Part shown: piece by piece, positions 36,484-43,974 of the stretch
Position numbering within the stretch: the first letter of the stretch is position 1
How the letters are laid out: each line of letters begins with the position of its first letter
IMG/VR virus record: IMGVR_UViG_3300045988_033553
Coordinates: 1 to 59,936 of that record
Direction: 5' to 3' (one strand)
Origin: a virus
Length of the DNA stretch: 59,936 nt
Notes under the pieces: generated by a model
The model's database searches: none
What the model saw: the letters and a program-made list of their open reading frames with translations, nothing else
Told to the model about the DNA's origin: nothing
Translations under genes and position numbers: made by a program

Positions 36484-37905
36484 CTTATTTTGCTGTTTAT
36501 TTAATTGATTTACAATTTCCTGTGCTTTTTGTTCCTGCTCTTCTGCATCATCAATGGTTTTCCATAAAGCATCCATGTATGGCTTAGACTGCAAAAATGT
36601 TTTTTCCGAATCGCCCCAGAGTCCCACCGTTTTAATGGCAATAAGAGGATGTATGCCGCACTCTAAAAGCTGATATAGTGTTTGCGACTTTGTATACATA
36701 TTGTCTTGCGGGCTATGATTGATTTGCACATCAAAATCCCTCATTGACAATTTCAAATCATTGTCCTTAACGCGTATTACATTTAAGACAACTTTTGCAA
36801 GTCTCTTCTCTGCCGATTTCACAATTGGGTCTTTTAATTTTGCTCTTGTCTTTGAAAAATCCCATCCAGCCCTTAATGATACTGCTCCTTGTGTATCTCC
36901 TCCAGAGTTTTGGGACTCTCTGTTTGGTATTGCTAATATTGCCAAGGCATTGTCCCACAAATCATCTTTTGCCACCTGACACTGGCTCTGATTTAGTTCC
37001 TGCGTCATAATCTCAACATCGGCTTTGTTATCCTTGTTATTGGACTTTACCGTCAAAGCATGGCTCATTTTCATCTCTTCAAACGTTTTTTGGTCGATTT
37101 CACAGTTCACAAACTTAACCCAGTACTGAACAAACTGCTCAATTCCATCCATTCTGTTTGACTGCATATTGTTTATGGCATCCAAAATACCTATGACAAG
37201 CTCAATATCAGAAATTCTCTCATGATTATTTGGAAACTCAACAATAGGTATACTTCCAAATGCATGCAATTTCCATTCAGAAACTACTCCGTTTTGAAGT
37301 TTACATGAATAGTTGTCCGTATAGCACAGTTTGTACCATCTTCCATCTTCGTCTTTAAGCTCCTGCACCGCAACCACCGGTTCTTCCGTGCTCCGATTAT
37401 AAATAACACACGTATTCATTGGAGTAGGCGCAACAATTTGAAATGGTATTTCTCCATTTGCAAATCTTACCGCCTTAAAAGATGTTCCGGTTGCTGACTG
37501 CCACTCTCCTGCTTTAATGTCTTTTTCCTGTTTATTCGCATCCACAAGATAGTCATTCAGCGCATCCACTGCCCGATTAATTTCATCATCATCTTTTCGA
37601 CTGATAAACTGTATTGGCTCACCGTATGTCTGACCTACTTTGAACTGAACAATCTCATACGCATGATTTTCTACTATTTTGTTTGTAATATCAGCATTTT
37701 GTACCTTTAATCGGTATAAAATCGGCTGATCTCCTTTGTAATACCGCCATAGGTATTCTATGATGGTTTTGTTGTAATAATAATTACCGATGCAGTCTCC
37801 CACCACCTTGACAATATTGTCTGCTGTGATGGTTTCAACATCAGTATATAAAATTTTTCGCCCATAACAGCCCTTAACAAGATCTTGGAGAGATTTATTA
37901 TTCAT
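36469..37905 (-). CDS. portal protein (SPP1 gp6-like)
   Basis: 478 aa, located after terL and small ORFs; typical portal size; acidic, Q-rich C-terminus. Confidence 0.85.
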   Translation of the reverse strand: MNNKSLQDLVKGCYGRKILYTDVETITADNIVKVVGDCIGNYYYNKTIIEYLWRYYKGDQPILYRLKVQNADITNKIVENHAYEIVQFKVGQTYGEPIQFISRKDDDEINRAVDALNDYLVDANKQEKDIKAGEWQSATGTSFKAVRFANGEIPFQIVAPTPMNTCVIYNRSTEEPVVAVQELKDEDGRWYKLCYTDNYSCKLQNGVVSEWKLHAFGSIPIVEFPNNHERISDIELVIGILDAINNMQSNRMDGIEQFVQYWVKFVNCEIDQKTFEEMKMSHALTVKSNNKDNKADVEIMTQELNQSQCQVAKDDLWDNALAILAIPNRESQNSGGDTQGAVSLRAGWDFSKTRAKLKDPIVKSAEKRLAKVVLNVIRVKDNDLKLSMRDFDVQINHSPQDNMYTKSQTLYQLLECGIHPLIAIKTVGLWGDSEKTFLQSKPYMDALWKTIDDAEEQEQKAQEIVNQLNKQQNKTATE

Positions 37906-37914
37906 AATTGGCTC

Positions 37915-38112
37915 CTAAATAAACGTCATCCCACTGGATGTTGACCGAATTGGAAGAGATTTTAATTCTGTTTTTCCATTCTTCGGATAAAAAACAACTT
38001 TCTTGCGGCATTTCCTACATTCCACAGAAATGTTCATTGTTGAACGCCCATCGTGCGTGGCAACTTTTCTTCCACACCGAGGGCAATATATTGTTTTTGG
38101 TGTATATACCAT
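37915..38112 (-). CDS. Com-like zinc-ribbon protein
   Basis: Start at MVYTPK; CPRCGRK...ECRKCRKK double CxxC. Confidence 0.45.
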   Translation of the reverse strand: MVYTPKTIYCPRCGRKVATHDGRSTMNISVECRKCRKKVVFYPKNGKTELKSLPIRSTSSGMTFI

Positions 38113-38257
38113 AAAGTCCTCTTTTCTTTGCAAAAGAAAAAGCACCGGAGATTTCTCTACGATGCTCGTTCAATGGGGGGATGGTAAAGTGTTCAACTAT
38201 TTGTTGACTTCTTCGATTATAACTATATCAGAAAAAAACCGGACATATCGGACAACT

Positions 38258-38692
38258 TTACTCTTTCATAAATCTATCGAACGCTTTTCTAACGCTGTCT
38301 TCTGTGTTATTGCCTCCTATTTGGTCGGCAACCTTATTCCAAGATTGATTTTCTAAAAATCTAAGGTTAATTATTCTTCTAATTCTGCTATCTTTTATAT
38401 TTGCAATAAACTCTTCTACTTCATTTGTTTTTTCAAGAAGTTCGTTTTCCAAAATTTCGAGGGTGGTTTTTCTGGAATATAACAAGGTTTTTTTGTGCCT
38501 ATATTCTGGCAATGGTATTCCTTCTATTTTAAAATGTTGGTTTCCACCATTTCCGCCAGAAACGCTATCAATAACCGTTCCTTCCTGCTCAATTTTTTCT
38601 ATGTATTTTTCAAGCTTTTCAATTTTATTCCTTACTTCTTTTACTTCTTCTCTTAAATCTAAGTATTGATTTAAAATATCTTTGTTTACCAT
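38258..38692 (-). CDS. coiled-coil protein with a sigma-70 region-4-like HTH C-terminus
   Basis: C-terminus RIRRIINLRFLENQSWNKVADQIGG..EDSVRKAFDRF. Confidence 0.45.
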   Translation of the reverse strand: MVNKDILNQYLDLREEVKEVRNKIEKLEKYIEKIEQEGTVIDSVSGGNGGNQHFKIEGIPLPEYRHKKTLLYSRKTTLEILENELLEKTNEVEEFIANIKDSRIRRIINLRFLENQSWNKVADQIGGNNTEDSVRKAFDRFMKE

Positions 38693-38693
38693 A

Positions 38694-40475
38694 TCAATAC
38701 CTCCTAAACGGATTTACTGCTGCTTCTACTTTTGCTACATTCCTTCCATTTGTCACTCTAAGCGCAAAGTTTGAAAATACATCTGGCACATCATCCAACT
38801 GCTTTTTACCGGATACTGAATATCTCTTAAGAAGAGACATCATTACTCCGTATGGCTCATTCGGCTTATATGATGATGGGTCTTTAAATATAACGTGCTG
38901 CAATATCCAGTTTGAGCACTGAAAAATCCTTGCTTCCTTATTTGTCTCCGTCGGTGTATCTGTGATATTGCATATCCATCCTTTGGCTTCCACTCGCTTG
39001 TTTACTTCCATTGCGACACGGTCCCCTCCGGCATTTCTCTCAAATTCACATTCCTGAACTTTGTTGTTTGTCAAAACATTTGCTGCATTTTCATACTGAA
39101 CCTCATAATCTGCCGTGTTATCGCAAGCACAATCCACGCAGTAGTAATCTTCTCCGTATTTTTGCAATACAGGCAGAACAAAATAGTCTGTTCCCTTTCC
39201 CTTTGTATCGCACTGACCGGTTACAATCTCCGGCTCTCCATGCGGCAAATTAAGATACCGACGTATTTTATCTTCCGGAAACAGCAATCCCTCACGCTCA
39301 ATCGGTTCCTGTTTGTAAAGGCATCTATATGATATGTCGTCCATCAATAATTGCTGATCTTCGAAAAATTCTTTTGTAAACCCAGAAAACTCATAGTCAA
39401 AGTTACTTTCTCCTGTTTTAGAATCCACATCTGGTACCGCAATAACCTTTACCCTTGGATTTCCCTCGTACATATTCTGGATACGCCCTATGACGTCGTG
39501 TACGCTCCATCTGGTCGCAATATGTATTTCCTTGCAGTTCTTACCATCCGTGTCCTGTATCTTTCTCTGACGAGCATCTACAGCGTATTTATCCCACAAT
39601 TTATCAAGAGTAATAGGATTCATTGCTTCTTCAATGCCGCCGATCATATCGTCAACCAGTAAAAACTTAGAAGCCCTTACTTTACCTGCATTCTTACTAC
39701 CAACAGACGTACATTGTACGGATGGAAACGATTTGTACTTCCCGACATTAAACTGCTCCATCTTTGCATTTGTGCTCGTCACGGAAAGATCCGGAAAAAT
39801 TTCATTCCATGTATATTCTTCCGTATTTGTAACGATATCGTACACACCGTCATAGTACATTCTGGTAATATCTCCGCTATGCGAATAAAAAAGACTGAAA
39901 TCTCTAGGGAACCATCCGGCAACAAGTGCGTGAAACATTTTTTCAACCGTTGTTTTACCAGCACCTGGGACAAGTGATACGCACAGGATGTCATATCTAT
40001 CATCAATCATGCCTTGTAAAGCCTGTGTAAGCCCTATTTTGAGAAATTGCTTTCTTCTTGGCATATAAAACCGTTCTTTAGGATCTCTTTTCTTTTCCAA
40101 ATACTGGAAAGCACTATCCACAACTTTGTTTTGCGCTTCCAAAAGCAAAATTCCGTAATATTTGTCCAGAATTTCATAAGATACCTTGTTTTGGAATGAA
40201 TATTTCTCTAAATCCCATGGTGTGCCACCTGTAGATTGAAAGATAAACTGTTCCGTCAGTTCTTTCGCTCTGGCAGAAACTTTTAATCCATACTCAAAAT
40301 CTTTTTCTGTCAGAATGGCTACCCTTGCCGCTTCTGCCATGGCATCCATAACCTGTTCATCAACGCCATGCACCTGTATGTAATTTTCATATCCATTTAC
40401 TGTGGAAATTAGGCTTGAACTTGCCAAAAGAAAAGCACCTCCGCAAAAAAGCAGAAGTGCCTTGACCTCTGCCAA
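38694..40475 (-). CDS. terL: terminase large subunit
   Basis: Walker A VSLVPGAGKTTVEK, Walker B LLVDDMIGG, and a C-terminal RNaseH-like nuclease region; the N-terminal ~45 aa look hydrophobic, so the true start may be internal. Confidence 0.85.
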   Translation of the reverse strand: MAEVKALLLFCGGAFLLASSSLISTVNGYENYIQVHGVDEQVMDAMAEAARVAILTEKDFEYGLKVSARAKELTEQFIFQSTGGTPWDLEKYSFQNKVSYEILDKYYGILLLEAQNKVVDSAFQYLEKKRDPKERFYMPRRKQFLKIGLTQALQGMIDDRYDILCVSLVPGAGKTTVEKMFHALVAGWFPRDFSLFYSHSGDITRMYYDGVYDIVTNTEEYTWNEIFPDLSVTSTNAKMEQFNVGKYKSFPSVQCTSVGSKNAGKVRASKFLLVDDMIGGIEEAMNPITLDKLWDKYAVDARQRKIQDTDGKNCKEIHIATRWSVHDVIGRIQNMYEGNPRVKVIAVPDVDSKTGESNFDYEFSGFTKEFFEDQQLLMDDISYRCLYKQEPIEREGLLFPEDKIRRYLNLPHGEPEIVTGQCDTKGKGTDYFVLPVLQKYGEDYYCVDCACDNTADYEVQYENAANVLTNNKVQECEFERNAGGDRVAMEVNKRVEAKGWICNITDTPTETNKEARIFQCSNWILQHVIFKDPSSYKPNEPYGVMMSLLKRYSVSGKKQLDDVPDVFSNFALRVTNGRNVAKVEAAVNPFRRY

Positions 40476-40523
40476 TAATTTTTGTTGGTTAGCGACTAAC
40501 TCTGTTTGTTAGCCGGTAATTTT

Positions 40524-40874
40524 TTATTCCAATTTTGTTATGTTGTATTTTTCTGTTTTATCATCATATATTTTTGTTTCTAAAATTGCCGTGACGGATT
40601 CTCCAATTTTATTTGAATATTTATTATATGTGTCACTCCCGAATATAGCATATTCTTTACCATTATATTCAACAGTAATCTTGTAAACTGCCGGATGTGT
40701 AATTATTGTTGTTGTTTTACCATTAAAAATCGGTGTTATATATGCTGCTCTGTGGTATTCATCCACTACCTTAACAGTAACACTTGAATATTGTGTATCA
40801 ACACACTTTTTACAGCCAATCAAAAATAATAAAAACAATGTACATAAAATAAAGCATATTATTTTCTTTTTCAT
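40524..40874 (-). CDS. lipoprotein (lipobox LFLIGC), hypothetical
   Basis: Start at MKKKIICFILCTLFLLFLIGCKK: signal peptide plus lipobox Cys. Confidence 0.6.
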   Translation of the reverse strand: MKKKIICFILCTLFLLFLIGCKKCVDTQYSSVTVKVVDEYHRAAYITPIFNGKTTTIITHPAVYKITVEYNGKEYAIFGSDTYNKYSNKIGESVTAILETKIYDDKTEKYNITKLE

Positions 40875-40900
40875 AATGATTCCTTTTTCTGATATACAGC

Positions 40901-41140
40901 TTAAATATTTGCTGAGCAATGTTCTACCTCAAATTCATTATTTTCGACGTTATAAATTTGAACTCCATTCTTGTCCGTCTTGTATCTATCAAACACACAT
41001 ACAGTATTTATGCCATTTCCAACACAGTCTGCATGAAAGTCTATGTTGTATACCTTTTTCTGCCATTTTCCGTTAGCATAAATCTTTGTGTAACCGCCTT
41101 TTCTTGTTTTAATGATTATTTTACTTCTTGTTTTCTTCAT
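40901..41140 (-). CDS. hypothetical protein, 79 aa
   Basis: Intact ORF. Confidence 0.45.
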   Translation of the reverse strand: MKKTRSKIIIKTRKGGYTKIYANGKWQKKVYNIDFHADCVGNGINTVCVFDRYKTDKNGVQIYNVENNEFEVEHCSANI

Positions 41141-41144
41141 TTAT

Positions 41145-41447
41145 TCACAACACCTTTCTTGAAACTTCGGCACATTCTTTTCTTTTATCGTCATTGGTGC
41201 ATTCTCTGTCTGTGTTATATCGGCAAAAGGTCAGGTTGCATTTTTTATTATTAGGTTCGATAGGCTCTTGTTTATAAAAACATTCATAAAGTTTTTGCCT
41301 GTCTGCCTCGTTATTTGCCACAATAACAAGTTCATCTTCTAAATTGGAACAATCTATAGGCTCGCCGTTTCTACCGCCTATTTCGCGCGATTGTGCTTCT
41401 CTAAGTGCTTCACGCTCTATTGATTTAATTACTTCTGCCATGCTCAT
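41145..41447 (-). CDS. hypothetical protein, 100 aa
   Basis: Intact ORF. Confidence 0.5.
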   Translation of the reverse strand: MSMAEVIKSIEREALREAQSREIGGRNGEPIDCSNLEDELVIVANNEADRQKLYECFYKQEPIEPNNKKCNLTFCRYNTDRECTNDDKRKECAEVSRKVL

Positions 41448-41467
41448 TCTTCAATACTCCTATCAAA

Positions 41468-41773
41468 TCATGCATTTGAATCAGTAGTTTTTAAATATTC
41501 AACGAACTGTGCCCAAGCCTGTTCGCATGTTAAATTGCCAACAGGATTTTGAACATAGTATTCTTGGAAATATTCCCAGGCCTTTTCTTTTTCATCTTCG
41601 GAATATGAATCCCATTTAGAAACTCCAGATTTCTTTTTGAAAAATTCGCACTCATGTTCACTGTCAGCAAATCCAGCACCAGGAATCCATTTTCCCGGAT
41701 GGTTGCACATTTCAGCCATCCCTACAACTTCGTTTCTATCAAATCCAAGGTAAGCACAATCATAACACGTCAT
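41468..41773 (-). CDS. hypothetical protein, 101 aa
   Basis: Intact ORF. Confidence 0.5.
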   Translation of the reverse strand: MTCYDCAYLGFDRNEVVGMAEMCNHPGKWIPGAGFADSEHECEFFKKKSGVSKWDSYSEDEKEKAWEYFQEYYVQNPVGNLTCEQAWAQFVEYLKTTDSNA

Positions 41774-41985
41774 TCTTCCACCAACTTTCTACCACACATC
41801 GGGCAAAATTCAATTTCCATTGCTATCGCTACGTTCATTCCATTGCTACAACATTTAGCATACTGTGGACATTTATCGATATGGCATTGAATAACATTTA
41901 TATAGCCCAATTTTTTGATTTTAAATTCTCCATATGCAGTTTTATATGATTCTTTCCCATTGCAAAAATCACACATTTCAATCAC
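41770..41985 (-). CDS. hypothetical zinc-ribbon protein, 71 aa
   Basis: CDFCNG...CPMCGRK. Confidence 0.5.
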   Translation of the reverse strand: MIEMCDFCNGKESYKTAYGEFKIKKLGYINVIQCHIDKCPQYAKCCSNGMNVAIAMEIEFCPMCGRKLVEE

Positions 41986-42191
41986 TTCCTAATAAACCTA
42001 GGTTCACAATCTTCCAAAGTTGTTACTTCTATCATTTCCGGTTCATGTCTGCAAATCCTTCCGTTTAAATCAATATATGGTTCCAGTTCTATCTTCGTAC
42101 GAAAACCATATGGAGTTTTGCAATAAGGGCACGCTTTTTTGTCACTTTCAATTGGTGCGCCACAATTTACACAGTTTAAAATCATGCTCAT
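41982..42191 (-). CDS. hypothetical zinc-ribbon protein, 69 aa
   Basis: CVNCGAP...CPYCKTP. Confidence 0.5.
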   Translation of the reverse strand: MSMILNCVNCGAPIESDKKACPYCKTPYGFRTKIELEPYIDLNGRICRHEPEMIEVTTLEDCEPRFIRK

Positions 42192-42230
42192 ACCTCCAAT
42201 TAAAGAACATTACTAAGCGGATATACAAAA

Positions 42231-42344
42231 TTGATGTGGCATGGATTTGCACCATGCATGATTAGTGCACTTCTCGTCATCTAGGTTGCCGGTTTCAACG
42301 AATTATCTTACGGCAATAGCGTTTACCTATTCCGCCACACATCA
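42231..42344 (-). ncRNA. tRNA-Leu-like element with an expanded anticodon arm (114 nt)
   Basis: Acceptor TGATGTG/CACATCA plus A; Leu-type D arm TGGCGGAATAGGTAAACGC; T arm GCATGG-TGCAAAT-CCATGC. The anticodon position is a 6-bp stem TTGCCG/CGGCAA with a 19-nt loop starting UAAGA. Confidence 0.55.
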
Positions 42345-42367
42345 ACGCCAGATTTTTTTCTAGCAAA

Positions 42368-42449
42368 CGCCGTACACAGGATTTGAACCTGCAAGCCTTT
42401 TACAGCCAACGGTTTTCAAGACCGCTCCCTCACCACCCGGACATACGGC
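42368..42449 (-). tRNA. tRNA-Ser (anticodon UGA)
   Basis: Hand fold: acceptor GCCGTAT/GTACGGC, anticodon arm GCGGT-CTTGAAA-ACCGT, long variable arm, T arm GCAGG-TTCAAAT-CCTGT. Confidence 0.75.
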
Positions 42450-42453
42450 ATAG

Positions 42454-42539
42454 CGCAGTGTGCAGGATTCGAACCTACAAAGCGAATAAACGCCCGACCG
42501 GCTAGCAACCGGCTCCAATTCCAATTATGGGAACACTGC
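42454..42539 (-). tRNA. tRNA-Ser (anticodon GCU)
   Basis: Acceptor GCAGTGT/ACACTGC, anticodon arm GCCGG-TTGCTAG-CCGGT, long variable arm, T loop TTCGAAT. Confidence 0.75.
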
Positions 42540-42629
42540 ATCTTGATGGTGCGATTTCTTAAACAACCCATCCATTACAACTGTCTACCACGCACCTGCC
42601 AAACAGTATTTTTAGGGAGTTGAGTGAAA

Positions 42630-42719
42630 TAGGGAAGAGAGGAATCGAACCTCTATTGTTTACCACTTGGAAACTGATTTACAGTCAGCCGCAACACCGC
42701 CAATCGTTGCCGCTTCCCC
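42630..42719 (-). tRNA. tRNA-Tyr (anticodon GUA)
   Basis: Acceptor GGGGAAG/CTTCCCT, D arm GCAA...TTGC, anticodon arm GCTGA-CTGTAAA-TCAGT, long variable arm, T arm AGAGG-TTCGATT-CCTCT. Confidence 0.75.
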
Positions 42720-42796
42720 AAAATGCGCGGACACCTCACTCCATATCTCTGTACGCGACCGCGCTACGCATACAGTATCAGATCAGCTTGGCACCA

Positions 42797-42883
42797 TCGG
42801 AACGGAAGGATTCGAACCTTCAATCCGGCTCTCGTTGTTGTTTTCCGTGTACACGCCACTTTTACCAATTAAGCTACGTTCCG
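42797..42883 (-). ncRNA. tRNA-Pro-like element A without a recognisable anticodon arm
   Basis: Acceptor CGGAACG/CGTTCCG plus A73; TA-GCTT-AATTGGTAA-AAGT D arm; T arm GAAGG-TTCGAAT-CCTTC. The 35 nt between them (GGCGTGTACACGGAAAACAACAACGAGAGCCGGATT) give no 5-bp/7-nt arm. Confidence 0.5.
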
Positions 42884-43003
42884 AAACCGCCATCAGACGG
42901 TTAGCAATAATGTTTATCGTGCCATGCGTTGCACTAGGCATACAAAATGCCGATTACATCCAAACCATAGAGCGCATGCAAGCAAACAGCATAATTTGAC
43001 CGC

Positions 43004-43146
43004 TTAGACAGGCAAGGATTCGAACCTTGCATTATCGGCTTCAGAAAAGGTGTGGTTGCTGACTACGGATGATCGCCCGTCTGCCACTTGGCAACACTCT
43101 TACCGATAGGTTTCTTTACCTGCAATACCCATTCTGCCACTGCCTA
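43004..43146 (-). ncRNA. 143-nt tRNA-shaped element B with a large internal insertion
   Basis: Acceptor TAGGCAG/CTGTCTA (one G-U); D arm GCAG-AATGGGTA-TTGC; T arm GCAAGG-TTCGAAT-CCTTGC; internal 64-nt domain closed by TATCGG/CCGATA. Confidence 0.5.
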
Positions 43147-43411
43147 ACTATATGGGGGAATTATATTTTTGACAGCTCAGGCACCGTGGGATAGATGCCC
43201 GAACTATCAAGTCTGACTGCTATATGGATTGCTTGTCAGCAAATTACGGAACGATCATCATTCATCACCATATAGTCTTACGCCTAATGCCGCGCTCCGC
43301 GGCAAATACCACCGGACGGTCTCGCACCGCCCTTAACAGAATCGTCCTAGTGGCGAAAGGAGAAATACGAACTTTTCGTATTCCGAGATAAGCTTTAAAC
43401 CTATCTCTCAA
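43147..43411 (-). ncRNA. ~265-nt structured, ORF-free spacer (candidate ncRNA domain)
   Basis: Hairpins at 43385-43407, 43364-43382, 43289-43303 and 43229-43242; 8-bp long-range pair CTATATGG/CCATATAG (43220-43227 / 43268-43275). Confidence 0.35.
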
Positions 43412-43500
43412 TCGGAACGGCAGGACTTGAACCTGCGGCTATCAATTCATTAGAGCATGGAAGAATGAAAAGATTGCTCTTTCCTCTGAGCTACGTTCCG
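43412..43500 (-). ncRNA. tRNA-Pro-like element C with an 11-position anticodon helix and a 12-nt loop
   Basis: Same acceptor CGGAACG/CGTTCCG plus A73 as element A; D arm GCTC-AGAGGAAA-GAGC; T arm GCAGG-TTCAAGT-CCTGC; middle ATC-TT-TTCATT [CTTCCATGCTCT] AATGAA-TT-GAT. Confidence 0.5.
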
Positions 43501-43629
43501 TCACAGCGCGCATAGCGCGCCGCTTATGATAGTATTTTTGATCTTTTTATTTTGCCGACGTCCACTAACACCGAATAATTGCTTGCGCCGAGTTTTTTCT
43601 TGCAAAAACCGAATGCCAGTGGACTTAAG

Positions 43630-43794
43630 CTATACTGGATGCTCCGACTTCTCAGACTGGTGCTCAGCGTCACTATCCAGATCGAGCAAATCTCCGGTGC
43701 TGTCCGGTCCTTTTGATTTTGTTATATGTATTCTTTCCTCTGCACAAATGATAGGCAGCTGAAAGCAAATACCAAATATTGGACTATAAGACAT
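43630..43794 (-). CDS. small hypothetical protein, 54 aa
   Basis: Hand translation MSYSPIFGICFQLPIICAEERIHITKSKGPDSTGDLLDLDSDAEHQSEKSEHPV; RBS TGGAGGTAACAGA. Confidence 0.35.
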   Translation of the reverse strand: MSYSPIFGICFQLPIICAEERIHITKSKGPDSTGDLLDLDSDAEHQSEKSEHPV

Positions 43795-43798
43795 TCTG

Positions 43799-43954
43799 TT
43801 ACCTCCACATCAGAAACATGTTCAGCAACAGCAACATCACAAGTACACATAATGCAATTGATGTTTCTTTGTCTTTGGATTCTCTGCCAGATACAAATAG
43901 TATCAGCATAAAAATAACATCCAGCGTCGATATAATCGTTTTAATAATTACCAT
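43799..43954 (-). CDS. small hydrophobic protein, 51 aa
   Basis: ORF 43799-44014 trimmed to MVIIKTIIS..., preceded by GAGAGGAAAACAACC; two hydrophobic helices. Confidence 0.4.
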   Translation of the reverse strand: MVIIKTIISTLDVIFMLILFVSGRESKDKETSIALCVLVMLLLLNMFLMWR

Positions 43955-43974
43955 GGTTGTTTTCCTCTCACAAG

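Noticed and set aside
42547-42596. 50-nt element GGUGCG...CGCACCA between tRNA-Ser and tRNA-Tyr that looks like an acceptor stem ending in ACCA.
   Set aside because: No T arm or D arm could be placed. It may simply be an inter-tRNA processing hairpin, so it is not called as a gene.
42620-42999. Plus-strand ORFs of 94 and 110 aa, plus 43526-44042 plus-strand ORFs, inside the RNA island.
   Set aside because: They run antisense through tRNA and tRNA-like genes, lack RBSs, and have implausible composition.
43004-43500. tmRNA or group I intron hypothesis for the long tRNA-like and structured region.
   Set aside because: There is no GGGG...tag-ORF...T-arm-CCA layout and no resume-codon peptide. 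The insert sizes (12-64 nt) are far below group I/II introns. An Rfam scan is needed for confirmation.
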